Virus record (IMG/VR): IMGVR_UViG_3300045988_166055
Coordinates: 79,505-143,504 of that record
DNA length: 64,000 bases
Reading direction: 5' to 3' (one strand)
Origin: a virus
A program made the position numbers and the translations under genes. Every line of letters starts with the position of its first letter. The first letter of the stretch is position 1. The notes beneath the pieces were generated by a model that worked only from the letters and a program-made list of their open reading frames with translations, was not told the origin of the DNA and searched no databases. Below are positions 8,774 to 17,690 of the stretch, one piece after another.

Positions 8774-10588
8774 ATGGGTGGACACATAAAGGTGCCGGAT
8801 AATGTGTTTAGAAAATGCGAAATTTGCGGAGATACATTTCATCCTAATACATATAGACAAAGAACATGTGGAAAGCCAAAGACAAAAACTTGTCCCGTTT
8901 GCGGAAAACAATTTGAATATTCATGCAAACCCGATTATATTAAAACCACTTGTTCAAGGAAATGCGCGGATATACTTGCTAAGAAAGTTAGAAACGACAA
9001 TTCGGAAAAGCTAACTAGAAAATGTGCATATTGTGGAAAAGAATTTACGCCTAAGACAAAAAAAGATATTTATTGTAGTGGCCCACACTACAAGAATTGT
9101 GAAGTATGCGGAAAAGAATTCGAGTTTGATGTAAGAGGATATTCTAACATAAAGACTTGTTCTAAAGAATGTAGATATAAATTATCATCTAGAAACAAAG
9201 ACATTGAATCTATGATTCGGAATCATAAGAAAACAATGACTGAAAAGTACGGTGTTGATCAACCTATGCACATTCCTGGAGTAATAGAAAAGATCAAGGA
9301 AACAAATCGAGAAAGGTACGGATCAGATTGGTATACGCAAACTTCGGAATACAAGAAATCAGTTGAAGAAACTTCATTATCCAGATATGGAGTAAAACAT
9401 TTTCTTTCAAGCGAAGATGTTAAGAATAAAAGAAGAGATACATGTAAAGAAAAATATGGATTCAGCAACTATGCTTTTCTTATGGTTGATCACCCTGAAA
9501 AACTTGAAAAATGGATTGAATTCAGAAAAGACGGAAAGAAGTACATATCAGAGAACTATTCAGAAAAGCCTACTAGAAATCAGCTATCAGAAGATTTAGG
9601 AGTATCATATTCTACTATTTCTCAAGAAATACGACTGAAGGGCTTAGATGATTATGTAATGTGTAATGTATCTTACATGGAAGACGAAATAGTAGACGAG
9701 CTGAGGAAACTGATTCCTGATGTTCAAATCATTCGAAGATGTAAGAATTTAATAACACCGTATGAATTAGATATTTATCTACCTGAATATGAAGTTGCAA
9801 TAGAATGCAATCCAACTTATACGCATAATTCGTCTACAAGTAGTTTCACAAATAAACCAAAGCCTATTAGATACCATCAAATGAAAACAGAAATGTGCGA
9901 AAGAAAAGGTGTATTTCTTTTTCATGTATTTGGTTATGAATGGTACAGCAGAAAAGAAATCCTACTTAGTATGATAGGTAATCTTTTAAGATGTAATAGA
10001 AATAGGGTATATGCTCGAAAATGCAAACTAATTGATGTTTCGTCTAATGAATCTAGATCATTCCTAGAATGTAATCATAGACAAGGAGAAGCGTCAGCAT
10101 CAATTAAGCTAGGACTAACTTACAATGACGAGTTAGTTAGTTTGATGACATTTGGAAAGCTAAGAGGAACAATTGGCACAGATAAATCGGATACATCTAA
10201 TTGCTGGGAATTAGTACGGTTTTGTTCTAAGTTAGGCACAAATGTTGTTGGTGGCGCAAGCAAGCTATTCAAATACTTTGTTGATAATTACAATCCAGAA
10301 GAAATAAGATCATTTTCAGATAGGGCTCATACAAAGGGAAATTTGTACTATAAATTAGGATTCCATGAATTGCGAAGATCTGACCCCGGGTATGTTTGGG
10401 TTGAACTTGCTACAGATAATCCTGTTAATAGAGTAACTGTACAGAAATCAAATATAAAATCCTTTCTTCATGATGATTCAATTGACCTTTCTCTTAGTGA
10501 ATCGGAAATAATGATTCAACACGGTTTCGTAAAGGTATTTGATTCAGGCACAATAACATGGCAGTTGAATAAACAAAAATCGTTATAA
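8774..10588 (+). CDS. free-standing homing-endonuclease-like protein (zinc-ribbon repeats plus nuclease-like C-terminal half)
   Basis: There are four CxxC...C..C zinc-ribbon units at the N-terminus and repeated (E/K)(R/K)YG modules. These are followed by ELDIYLPEYEVAIECNPTYTHNS (PD-(D/E)XK-like) and YARKCKLIDVS...NHRQG...VVGGASKLFKYF, which resembles phage Hef/Seg-type homing endonuclease relatives. The gene has its own promoter box and a much lower GC than the capsid gene it follows. Confidence 0.45.
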   Translation: MGGHIKVPDNVFRKCEICGDTFHPNTYRQRTCGKPKTKTCPVCGKQFEYSCKPDYIKTTCSRKCADILAKKVRNDNSEKLTRKCAYCGKEFTPKTKKDIYCSGPHYKNCEVCGKEFEFDVRGYSNIKTCSKECRYKLSSRNKDIESMIRNHKKTMTEKYGVDQPMHIPGVIEKIKETNRERYGSDWYTQTSEYKKSVEETSLSRYGVKHFLSSEDVKNKRRDTCKEKYGFSNYAFLMVDHPEKLEKWIEFRKDGKKYISENYSEKPTRNQLSEDLGVSYSTISQEIRLKGLDDYVMCNVSYMEDEIVDELRKLIPDVQIIRRCKNLITPYELDIYLPEYEVAIECNPTYTHNSSTSSFTNKPKPIRYHQMKTEMCERKGVFLFHVFGYEWYSRKEILLSMIGNLLRCNRNRVYARKCKLIDVSSNESRSFLECNHRQGEASASIKLGLTYNDELVSLMTFGKLRGTIGTDKSDTSNCWELVRFCSKLGTNVVGGASKLFKYFVDNYNPEEIRSFSDRAHTKGNLYYKLGFHELRRSDPGYVWVELATDNPVNRVTVQKSNIKSFLHDDSIDLSLSESEIMIQHGFVKVFDSGTITWQLNKQKSL

Positions 10589-10597
10589 TAATTGTAG
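10577..10597 (+). promoter_or_regulatory. class-1 promoter-like box
   Basis: AAATCGTTATAATAATTGTAG overlaps the stop codon of the preceding gene. Confidence 0.5.
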
Positions 10598-10640
10598 ATA
10601 GAAATGACTTATCAAAATTTATCGAAAGGAACAAAGTTTT

Positions 10641-11528
10641 ATGACAAGAGAAGAACAACTTTCTACTATTAAGCAGCTTCGTGATCTTACAGCAGATCTT
10701 GAATGGCAGCAGGATACACTTGATGAACTTGAATGGAGCAGCTACGATCCTCCTGTAAAGCCTGTTTTGAAAACATATACCAAGCCTGCATACCCTGAGC
10801 CAGAGTCTTCCATGAGGTTCAACTGGAAGGTTTTCAACTACTTTTGGGCTATTACAGCTCTTATTTTTCTTGGCATCTGTAAGCTGTTTGATACACCTAT
10901 TTTTCTGCTTCTTCACGTAGCTATTACCATTGGATACGTCATGAAGTATCGTGAAATGAAAAAGGCTGATGTTGAGAAAGTTAGAAACTCTGCTGAATTC
11001 AAAGCTAAGTTGAAGCAAATTGATGATGACTACGACAGTCTGGTTTATGCAGCTAAAGCGAAATACGAAAAGGATATGGATGAATGGAAGAATGATTTGA
11101 TGCCTAGATACGAGATCGACAAGGTCAAGTACGAAGCAAAGAAACGTGAAGATATTGCTAACTGCAAAGCCGCTATCACTCATGACAAGCGAGAAATTTC
11201 TCGTATTTATGGTGAGACTAAAATCCTTCCTACTGCTTACAGGTCTCTTCCTATTCTAGAATACATTGAAGAATTCATGGCTTCTTCTAACTTCGATGTA
11301 AATCGAGCAATTGAGAACTACGACAGAGAACAGCAGAGATGCATTGATGAAAAGAGGTTCCAGCAGGAGGTTTATTACAATCAGCTTCAGGAGCAAATGG
11401 TTGATGCTCAGGAAAGAGCAAACAGCATTGCAGATAGAGCTAGACGCGATGCTAACAGAGCAGATTTTGTTGCAGCTGTTCAGCGTCATAACACTAATAA
11501 GCATTTGAAGAGGATGGCTGAGAAGTAA
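10641..11528 (+). CDS. membrane-anchored coiled-coil protein, function unknown
   Basis: Contains a hydrophobic stretch (FNYFWAITALIFLGICKLFDTPIFLLLHVAITIGYV) followed by a charged helical C-terminus. Confidence 0.5.
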   Translation: MTREEQLSTIKQLRDLTADLEWQQDTLDELEWSSYDPPVKPVLKTYTKPAYPEPESSMRFNWKVFNYFWAITALIFLGICKLFDTPIFLLLHVAITIGYVMKYREMKKADVEKVRNSAEFKAKLKQIDDDYDSLVYAAKAKYEKDMDEWKNDLMPRYEIDKVKYEAKKREDIANCKAAITHDKREISRIYGETKILPTAYRSLPILEYIEEFMASSNFDVNRAIENYDREQQRCIDEKRFQQEVYYNQLQEQMVDAQERANSIADRARRDANRADFVAAVQRHNTNKHLKRMAEK

Positions 11529-11529
11529 T

Positions 11530-11922
11530 ATGAAGAGAGAGAAAGGTGTAAGACATTATTGGGAGATTACTCTTGGCACAGAGACATTTCAAGAAAAATA
11601 CAAAGGTGGAGTTTTATGGTACTTGAAACACGATTTTAGGGTACCTCCTCTGCATCCTACACTTCATAACTCATCTTTGGAATCATGGCTGAATGACATC
11701 AAAGATGGAAATGCAGAAAATGTACCAGATTGGCTTATAGAAAATGTCAAATTCGTAGAAAGTAAATCGTTCAAATGCGATGATTGTGGGAAGATTGTTT
11801 ATGAACCAAATCAAGCAATCATCATTCCGGGATACACATTACATTTCTGCTCATATAAGTGTGCTTGCGATTATGGCTTAGGTTGTTACAGACTTTCTGT
11901 TCAAGATGCACTTGATCTTTGA
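11530..11922 (+). CDS. hypothetical protein with C-terminal CxxC...FCSxxC zinc finger (TRASH/MYM-like)
   Basis: CDDCGKIVYEPNQAIIIPGYTLHFCSYKCACDYG. Confidence 0.5.
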   Translation: MKREKGVRHYWEITLGTETFQEKYKGGVLWYLKHDFRVPPLHPTLHNSSLESWLNDIKDGNAENVPDWLIENVKFVESKSFKCDDCGKIVYEPNQAIIIPGYTLHFCSYKCACDYGLGCYRLSVQDALDL

Positions 11923-11925
11923 TAA

Positions 11926-11944
11926 GAATCGTTATATTAAGTAT
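11926..11944 (+). promoter_or_regulatory. class-1 promoter-like box
   Basis: GAATCGTTATATTAAGTAT, intergenic. Confidence 0.45.
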
Positions 11945-11981
11945 CTAACATATCAAAACTTGAATACTAGAGGCTACTAAC

Positions 11982-12548
11982 ATGACAATTGCTTACTTTG
12001 AAGGAAAGAAATACACTACCTGCAAAGATTTAAGAAAAGCTGTATTTGAATGGTGTATTGAAAAAGACATTATTCTTCCTAGCGGATCCTCTATAGTAAA
12101 TCTTTGGAAACACTGGAAGATAACAAACAAATATATAGATGTTTTGTCTAGAATTGATATTGTAGATGATAGAGGTGAATTTAGACCCGATAGAATTAGA
12201 TATGTCATTGATGACAAATTCTTTGACAACACAAGCTCGCTGTATCGATATATTGATTTCTATCACAGAAGAGACATTGAGCGTGTTCGAGAAGAGAACA
12301 TCAATATGTATCTTTTCAATTCTAGATTTGATACAAGCAAAATGAATTTGAAGAACAAGGTTAAAGTAGTATTTCTTCCTAAAATTTATTGCCCTAAATG
12401 TCATAGAAAGATTTTCCTTGGTGAAAATGTATTTCACACAGATAAAATGTCTAACTATTGTTCGTATGACTGTTTACCTGAAGGTGAAAGATATATTCAG
12501 AGAATATTAAGAATGGAGGATTTGCTCTATGCCCCAGCGGTCGTATGA
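11982..12548 (+). CDS. hypothetical protein with C-terminal CxxC...CSxxC zinc finger (paralogous motif)
   Basis: CPKCHRKIFLGENVFHTDKMSNYCSYDCL. Confidence 0.5.
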   Translation: MTIAYFEGKKYTTCKDLRKAVFEWCIEKDIILPSGSSIVNLWKHWKITNKYIDVLSRIDIVDDRGEFRPDRIRYVIDDKFFDNTSSLYRYIDFYHRRDIERVREENINMYLFNSRFDTSKMNLKNKVKVVFLPKIYCPKCHRKIFLGENVFHTDKMSNYCSYDCLPEGERYIQRILRMEDLLYAPAVV

Positions 12549-12714
12549 ATATAAAGGTGTAACAATCTATCTTTATTACTATGGGTGTTTTCTTTTCTAC
12601 GCTGAAAAGAATAAATATGGGCTAAAGCACGGACGGTGGAAATGGATTAGTTTTTGCAATACAGATGAAGCGGAACAATTCATAGACAAGCATATAGATA
12701 CTTTCTGTTGGTGA
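12529..12714 (+). CDS. possible small protein
   Basis: 61-aa ORF that overlaps the previous stop. RBS GGAGGA lies upstream. Confidence 0.3.
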   Translation: MPQRSYEYKGVTIYLYYYGCFLFYAEKNKYGLKHGRWKWISFCNTDEAEQFIDKHIDTFCW

Positions 12715-12730
12715 ACCTTATATTTTTATG
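12713..12730 (+). promoter_or_regulatory. class-2 promoter-like box
   Basis: GAACCTTATATTTTTATG. Confidence 0.45.
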
Positions 12731-12817
12731 TGATAGGCGGGAGATACTATATCTTTCGTTGTATGATGAAGTTAATAAAAAACAAAGATCACATAAATCA
12801 TTTTGGAGGTTATCTAA

Positions 12818-13222
12818 ATGAGTTACAAGATTACTATTAAGTTCACCAAGCCTGTTAAGGTTGAAGCATCTATTCCTACTTATCCAATTGCCCCTGAATT
12901 TGTTCTGGGTCAGTCTTATGTGGATGAGAAGGCTTTCCGTGACCAGGCAGGCGATACCGCTTATTCCAAGAACATTTGGGAGAAGGGTGAGTTCCTGATG
13001 GCTCAGGACCTGTCTGAGTTCCTAGGTGAAGTTTCTGTCCATCCTGGTGTTGTTCTTGCTTGCAAGTCCGCTATTCTGGCTGCTGAGGCTGCCGAAGCTT
13101 CTTCTGGTGAGAATGCTGGTTATGAGTTCATAACTGATGACTACAAAGACAAGATGCTGTACGAAGAGATCGGTCGTGCTCTTGCCGGTCAGGGATTCGA
13201 GGTAACTGTCGACCCTACGTAA
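12818..13222 (+). CDS. abundant small virion protein (decoration-like), short isoform
   Basis: 134 aa with a GGAGGT RBS. GC and codon bias resemble those of the capsid gene. Confidence 0.6.
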   Translation: MSYKITIKFTKPVKVEASIPTYPIAPEFVLGQSYVDEKAFRDQAGDTAYSKNIWEKGEFLMAQDLSEFLGEVSVHPGVVLACKSAILAAEAAEASSGENAGYEFITDDYKDKMLYEEIGRALAGQGFEVTVDPT

Positions 13223-13899
13223 AGGGTCAGGTTGATATTTCAGCTTCTGACGGAGAGGATGCTATCCAGAAAGCCATTTCAGCTAATCCGTCAGGAGCTT
13301 ATATCAAGCTGGCCCAGAATGTCTACCAAGGTGGCATTCAGGCAGAAGCTGGATCAAACATCACTATTGATCTAAATGGACATGAGCTAAAATGCGTGCC
13401 TCCATTTGTCGGATCTGATAGTAGCTATTCAAACGGATTGAGATTCATGAAGGGTTCAAAAGTTCTAATTAAGAACGGAACTGTCAAAACATCTTCTCCG
13501 GAGTTAGCTATTCTTATTCAGAACTTCGCAGACGAGTTGATTCTAGATAATGTAACATTGTCTGGAAAGCTTTCTACTCAGTACATTCTATCAAATAACT
13601 TCGGAAATGTTGTTATGAAGAATGGAACTACTGTAAAAGCATCTGGTGGTCATGTAGCATTTGATGCTCATTACGGCTTATCTCCTGAATATGACGATGG
13701 TGTTACAGTAAATATTGCGGATGACACTGTTAAGATAATTGGACTTGTAGAATATACTAAGCAGGAAGGAAAGTCAGATGAAGATTTCCTATCAAGGACA
13801 CATATCTACATACCTGTTGGATATGACCTTACTGCTCCAGAGGGATACAAGTTCCAGTTAACAGAAGATAAAACAAGACAAGAACTAGTTAAAGCGTGA
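13213..13899 (+). CDS. -1 frame extension of the preceding gene encoding a beta-helix-like domain (candidate frameshift product)
   Basis: The -1 frame is open from 13141. It has no ATG, GTG or TTG until GTG 13396, which itself has no RBS. The translation from 13222 on is domain-like: KGQVDISASDGEDAIQKAISANPSGAYIKLAQNVYQGGIQAEAGSNITIDLNG... Confidence 0.5.
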   Translation, partial: PYVKGQVDISASDGEDAIQKAISANPSGAYIKLAQNVYQGGIQAEAGSNITIDLNGHELKCVPPFVGSDSSYSNGLRFMKGSKVLIKNGTVKTSSPELAILIQNFADELILDNVTLSGKLSTQYILSNNFGNVVMKNGTTVKASGGHVAFDAHYGLSPEYDDGVTVNIADDTVKIIGLVEYTKQEGKSDEDFLSRTHIYIPVGYDLTAPEGYKFQLTEDKTRQELVKA

Positions 13900-13921
13900 T
13901 AGAGAGGAGGCCTAGTAAGAT

Positions 13922-14632
13922 ATGACTATGGATGAAGTAACTGCTCAAGTTGGATTCTTACTAGGCTTTCCTACTAACGAGAATGTAGAAGAGGTTGATC
14001 TAAGGCAAGCAGTATTGATTGCATTTAGAGAACTAAAAAGATACATTCGTCAGTCAGTGGAAAAGACTGTCCCGTTTCAAACTAGAATAGACTTGCTCAA
14101 GCAAGATATCCATACAAACAAAGTTCTCAATGTTCAAGCTGCCTATCCTAGAATAGGCCTTACAATGAGTAACATAGACAGTGGTAATGTTTTCCAGGTT
14201 GCTGCCGCTGTAAACGCCTATAGTACGATAGGCAACACAAGTTCAATCAACATAGATCCTATAATGTCTGAACTTGCAATGGCTCAAGTCCGTAACACAA
14301 TTTCTACTGATTTTCAATGGAAATATGATCCGTATAATCAAGTAGTTTATGTTACGCACAGAGATCCATTACCTGCAATGGTAACTATACGATATGTTCC
14401 AGATTTGCAGGATGTATCAGAGATTCAAGGAACAACCTGGATTGACTACTTAGTCCGGATGAGCCTAGCATTCGCAAAAATATCGTTAGGCAGATCTCGG
14501 TCAAAATATACAATTGAGGGCTCTAATGTAACACTTGACGGTGATACACTTCTTCAAGAAGCTAACGCAGAGTTAGAAGCTATAAGAGGTGAACTTGAGC
14601 CTAAGAAAAGTAGACTTGTTGTTTTGAACTAA
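13922..14632 (+). CDS. virion structural protein (possible head-tail connector/adaptor)
   Basis: 236 aa with a GAGGAGG RBS, located in the structural gene neighbourhood. No diagnostic motif was recognised. Confidence 0.35.
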   Translation: MTMDEVTAQVGFLLGFPTNENVEEVDLRQAVLIAFRELKRYIRQSVEKTVPFQTRIDLLKQDIHTNKVLNVQAAYPRIGLTMSNIDSGNVFQVAAAVNAYSTIGNTSSINIDPIMSELAMAQVRNTISTDFQWKYDPYNQVVYVTHRDPLPAMVTIRYVPDLQDVSEIQGTTWIDYLVRMSLAFAKISLGRSRSKYTIEGSNVTLDGDTLLQEANAELEAIRGELEPKKSRLVVLN

Positions 14633-14657
14633 AATTTTATGAAAAGGAGTCTCTTAC

Positions 14658-15059
14658 ATGTTTGTTTCTAAGAAAAACACTAAGAAGGTAACTGCTAGCG
14701 ACGATCTGGATACCGAAGTGATTGAGCCCGAAATGGATGAAGATGTTGTCGATGACACTCCTGATGCTGATGAAGATGTAAATGTTGCCCCTGAGGCAAC
14801 TGATCTTCTATTTGAAGCAGAGGATGTAGCGCAGCTGGTTGCAGAAGTGACTGGTCAGCCTGTCGATGTTGACACAGCTGAAGATGGTAATTCTGTTGAA
14901 TTCACTGTCGGTGAAGATGTTTTCACTGTTACTGCTGAAGGTGACGAGGAAGTTCTGGAAGCTGTTCGAAAGCCACTGAAGAAAAAGAAGCCTGTGTCTG
15001 CTTCTACTAATAGAAAGCCTGCTGGTAAGACCGTTCGCAAGCTGCCTAGCAAGAAGTAA
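14658..15059 (+). CDS. bipartite acidic/basic protein (acidic N-terminal region, KKKK-rich tail)
   Basis: Higher-GC codon usage. The C-terminus is KKKKPVSASTNRKPAGKTVRKLPSKK. Confidence 0.5.
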   Translation: MFVSKKNTKKVTASDDLDTEVIEPEMDEDVVDDTPDADEDVNVAPEATDLLFEAEDVAQLVAEVTGQPVDVDTAEDGNSVEFTVGEDVFTVTAEGDEEVLEAVRKPLKKKKPVSASTNRKPAGKTVRKLPSKK

Positions 15060-15076
15060 GATAAATACTATGAAAA

Positions 15077-15120
15077 AAGAGCTGGTCGTGTCTTATCAAC
15101 ATTGATCAGCTCTTTGATTT
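15077..15120 (+). terminator. terminator-like hairpin
   Basis: AAGAGCTG(GTC)...(GAT)CAGCTCTT followed by TGATTT. The loop is long, so this is a weak call. Confidence 0.4.
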
Positions 15121-15139
15121 GTATGAAAGGATTGTTTGT

Positions 15140-16198
15140 ATGGAAAATGTAGAAGCTGGAATCATTGCTAAGCTACTTAAATCACTGCCCAAGTACTTAG
15201 GCAACGGAATCAATGAGGTAGTTAAGAGAGGAATCAAAGTAGAAGAGTCCAAGCCAGTTGATGGAAAGAATTATGACAGTGGTATCATCTTCGTAGCTAC
15301 AAGCGGAAAGGGCACTGTAATTAAGTGTAAGGTTGTACCCGTTCCTGAGAGAAAAGGTAGATTCAACATGTACATCAAGTCCAAGGATGGGAAGAAAGCA
15401 TCGTATCCTTCTATAAGTCAAGATCAGATGGATGATAAGATCACTGAATTCTTTGATAAGTTTTATGGTGAAGCTTTTGAAGATGCAGATAACAATGAAG
15501 ATGATTTCAACATGGAAGAGTTCAATGAGGATGAAGACGCAAAGAATCAGTCAGCTGATAACGATGACGCAAGTTCTTCTTCAAAGTTATTCATGAAGCT
15601 GTCTAAAGTTACATCGGGAACAGATTTTCATGTCAATCTAGAGTCTGTTATGGCGAACTATAACACAGTTTCAGCTCTTGCAGATATGACTGCAGTTGTT
15701 AACAACGATGACTTTGTTTCTCTTCTAAGCGAAACTCCTAAATGTTATGAAGTTACAACAGTTGATGGACAACTAGATGTAGCTGATAGTGAAGATATGC
15801 CACAATTCAATCCATTTGCTGAACTGCTGAAGGGATATTATGTAGCTACGCTGAATCTAGATTATCTTTCAACGAACTACTCTGGTAGCTCTATGAATAG
15901 ATTAGATCCATATTACATGTCAAGCGACATAAGATATTGGATTCACAATATTGTAACTATAGCAAAGGTGTCAGGTTGCTGCACACCTAATCCCATTGAC
16001 CTTCTTCAAGGGCAAGTAGGAATTGTTTGCGATCAAAACCAGCAAGGATCTTGCTGTATGAAATCTGTTCTAGAAACATTGCTTGCAACAATTGAGCTAT
16101 ATTATGCAAATTTTTCTCATGACATACAATCTATTCTAGATGATAACATAATCCAGATTAAGACATATATCATGAATATAGGAGTTGCTCAATGTTAA
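15140..16198 (+). CDS. hypothetical protein
   Basis: ATG 15140 lies 8 nt after AAAGGA. The ORF-track TTG 15119 is less likely. Confidence 0.5.
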   Translation: MENVEAGIIAKLLKSLPKYLGNGINEVVKRGIKVEESKPVDGKNYDSGIIFVATSGKGTVIKCKVVPVPERKGRFNMYIKSKDGKKASYPSISQDQMDDKITEFFDKFYGEAFEDADNNEDDFNMEEFNEDEDAKNQSADNDDASSSSKLFMKLSKVTSGTDFHVNLESVMANYNTVSALADMTAVVNNDDFVSLLSETPKCYEVTTVDGQLDVADSEDMPQFNPFAELLKGYYVATLNLDYLSTNYSGSSMNRLDPYYMSSDIRYWIHNIVTIAKVSGCCTPNPIDLLQGQVGIVCDQNQQGSCCMKSVLETLLATIELYYANFSHDIQSILDDNIIQIKTYIMNIGVAQC

Positions 16199-16237
16199 GA
16201 TAGTAATTCGTTTATTGCATAAAAGTATTTGAAAATT

Positions 16238-16286
16238 ACCTCCTTGAATCGTTATTGTATTTGATATACAATACCTTCAAGGAGGT
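16238..16286 (+). promoter_or_regulatory. RBS-sequestering hairpin with a class-1 promoter box (16246-16260) in its 5' arm and loop
   Basis: ACCTCCTTGAA at 16238-16248 is perfectly complementary to TTCAAGGAGGT at 16276-16286, which contains the SD of ORF 16293. GAATCGTTATTGTAT lies between the arms, as does a nested hairpin (ATTGTAT 16254-60 / ATACAAT 16266-72). Confidence 0.55.
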
Positions 16287-16292
16287 TAAAAT

Positions 16293-16775
16293 ATGAAAAC
16301 AGGAAATAGAACATATGGAAAACAATTTAGAACATATCAAGATTCTTCATGCGAAATCACAGATACTTCTATTCTTCACGAATACATAAATAATGGTTGT
16401 GGAGTAGTTACTCTTGAAAATCCTGAAACTAAAAAGTACAGAACATATGCTTTTAATCTTCCTAGATATGATAAGTTCAATGAACCTACCATCTTTGTTT
16501 ATGCAAGGATGCGAGACGATTGTTGGCTCTATGTAGGGATGATGAGAAAAGATGTATTCAGAGAAACTAGAAACTCTAACTTCGGTGTAGGCAATCCTGT
16601 ATACGAAGGTGCATTATACATTGTTCAAGTAGCGAATAATAGAAGAAAAAATACAAGAATGAAAATTTATCATTGCGGTGTTTGCTCTGTATGCGGAAGA
16701 AAACTTATTCAGCCTAAATCAATCAAATACGGTGTAGGCCCTAAATGCAGAAATAAGTTGAAGAATGAACAATGA
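16293..16775 (+). CDS. hypothetical protein with DUF6011-like C-terminal zinc motif
   Basis: CGVCSVCGRKLIQPKSIKYGVGPKCRNKL matches the C..CGR.L..P.S...G.GP.C pattern. Confidence 0.5.
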   Translation: MKTGNRTYGKQFRTYQDSSCEITDTSILHEYINNGCGVVTLENPETKKYRTYAFNLPRYDKFNEPTIFVYARMRDDCWLYVGMMRKDVFRETRNSNFGVGNPVYEGALYIVQVANNRRKNTRMKIYHCGVCSVCGRKLIQPKSIKYGVGPKCRNKLKNEQ

Positions 16776-17209
16776 GTTTCTATGAAGATAGTAAAAATTT
16801 CAAAGTATGGGTTGATAGATACAACGGAAATGTTTATAGAGCTGTGTATGAATTAGGCCAAGCTGCTGCAAAAAGAGTAAAAGACTGTAACAACAAAATA
16901 TCTAATGCAGAAGGAATTTCATGGGTACTAAATGGTCATAAACCTGATTATGAACATAGACGAGCATACTGGGATACAAAGAAAGCTATAATTGAAGAAT
17001 ATATTGCTACAAATTTGGAGCTCATTGATGACAAAAAAATTTGTAAATGTGTAAGGTCATCAGTTTGGAATAGCTTGAACCATAGATACCTTTTATATGA
17101 TTACAAAGGTGTTGACGACGAATCACGTAGGGCAAGAATAAGAATTCTTACCAAGTTAATTTGGTATGAAATAAAACCAAACTATAGAGAGGATGCTAAT
17201 GATGCCTGA
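16772..17209 (+). CDS. hypothetical protein
   Basis: ATGA start/stop overlap with the previous gene. Confidence 0.5.
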   Translation: MSFYEDSKNFKVWVDRYNGNVYRAVYELGQAAAKRVKDCNNKISNAEGISWVLNGHKPDYEHRRAYWDTKKAIIEEYIATNLELIDDKKICKCVRSSVWNSLNHRYLLYDYKGVDDESRRARIRILTKLIWYEIKPNYREDANDA

Positions 17210-17657
17210 AATAGAAAATCAAGCTACTGAAGTCAAGGAAAGAAAGAAACCGGGACCTAAACCGAAATCTAAAATCGAACCAATTGATCTATTTGAAACA
17301 AAGACCAATCCTGTAATCAATGAGAATTTAGAAGATAATGTTGAAGTAACTAACGAGATTGATTCCACTCCTGTTATTTCAGAACCTATCAAGGCTGAAG
17401 ATACATTGAAACCTATAGAAACCCCTCCTATCTACGAGAGACCTGTTGAACCGATTAGATACGAAATTATGTCTACATCTGGTAAAACAGTAATGGTCTA
17501 TAGAAACAAGAATTTCAAAGGAGTTGCTATTAGGTACAAAGGTGTCCTAAAGGTCATGAATGAAGTAGAAGGCGGTTACAAAGTTAACTACATGAATTCA
17601 GGATTTGGTTATTGTATAGGTTATGTCAAAGCGTCAGCCATCAACGCAATTAGATAA
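17193..17657 (+). CDS. hypothetical protein
   Basis: 154-aa ORF. The start is either ATG 17193 or ATG 17199. Confidence 0.5.
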   Translation: MLMMPEIENQATEVKERKKPGPKPKSKIEPIDLFETKTNPVINENLEDNVEVTNEIDSTPVISEPIKAEDTLKPIETPPIYERPVEPIRYEIMSTSGKTVMVYRNKNFKGVAIRYKGVLKVMNEVEGGYKVNYMNSGFGYCIGYVKASAINAIR

Positions 17658-17690
17658 TCTAGTTGCGAATAATATATGGAGGTATTAAAT

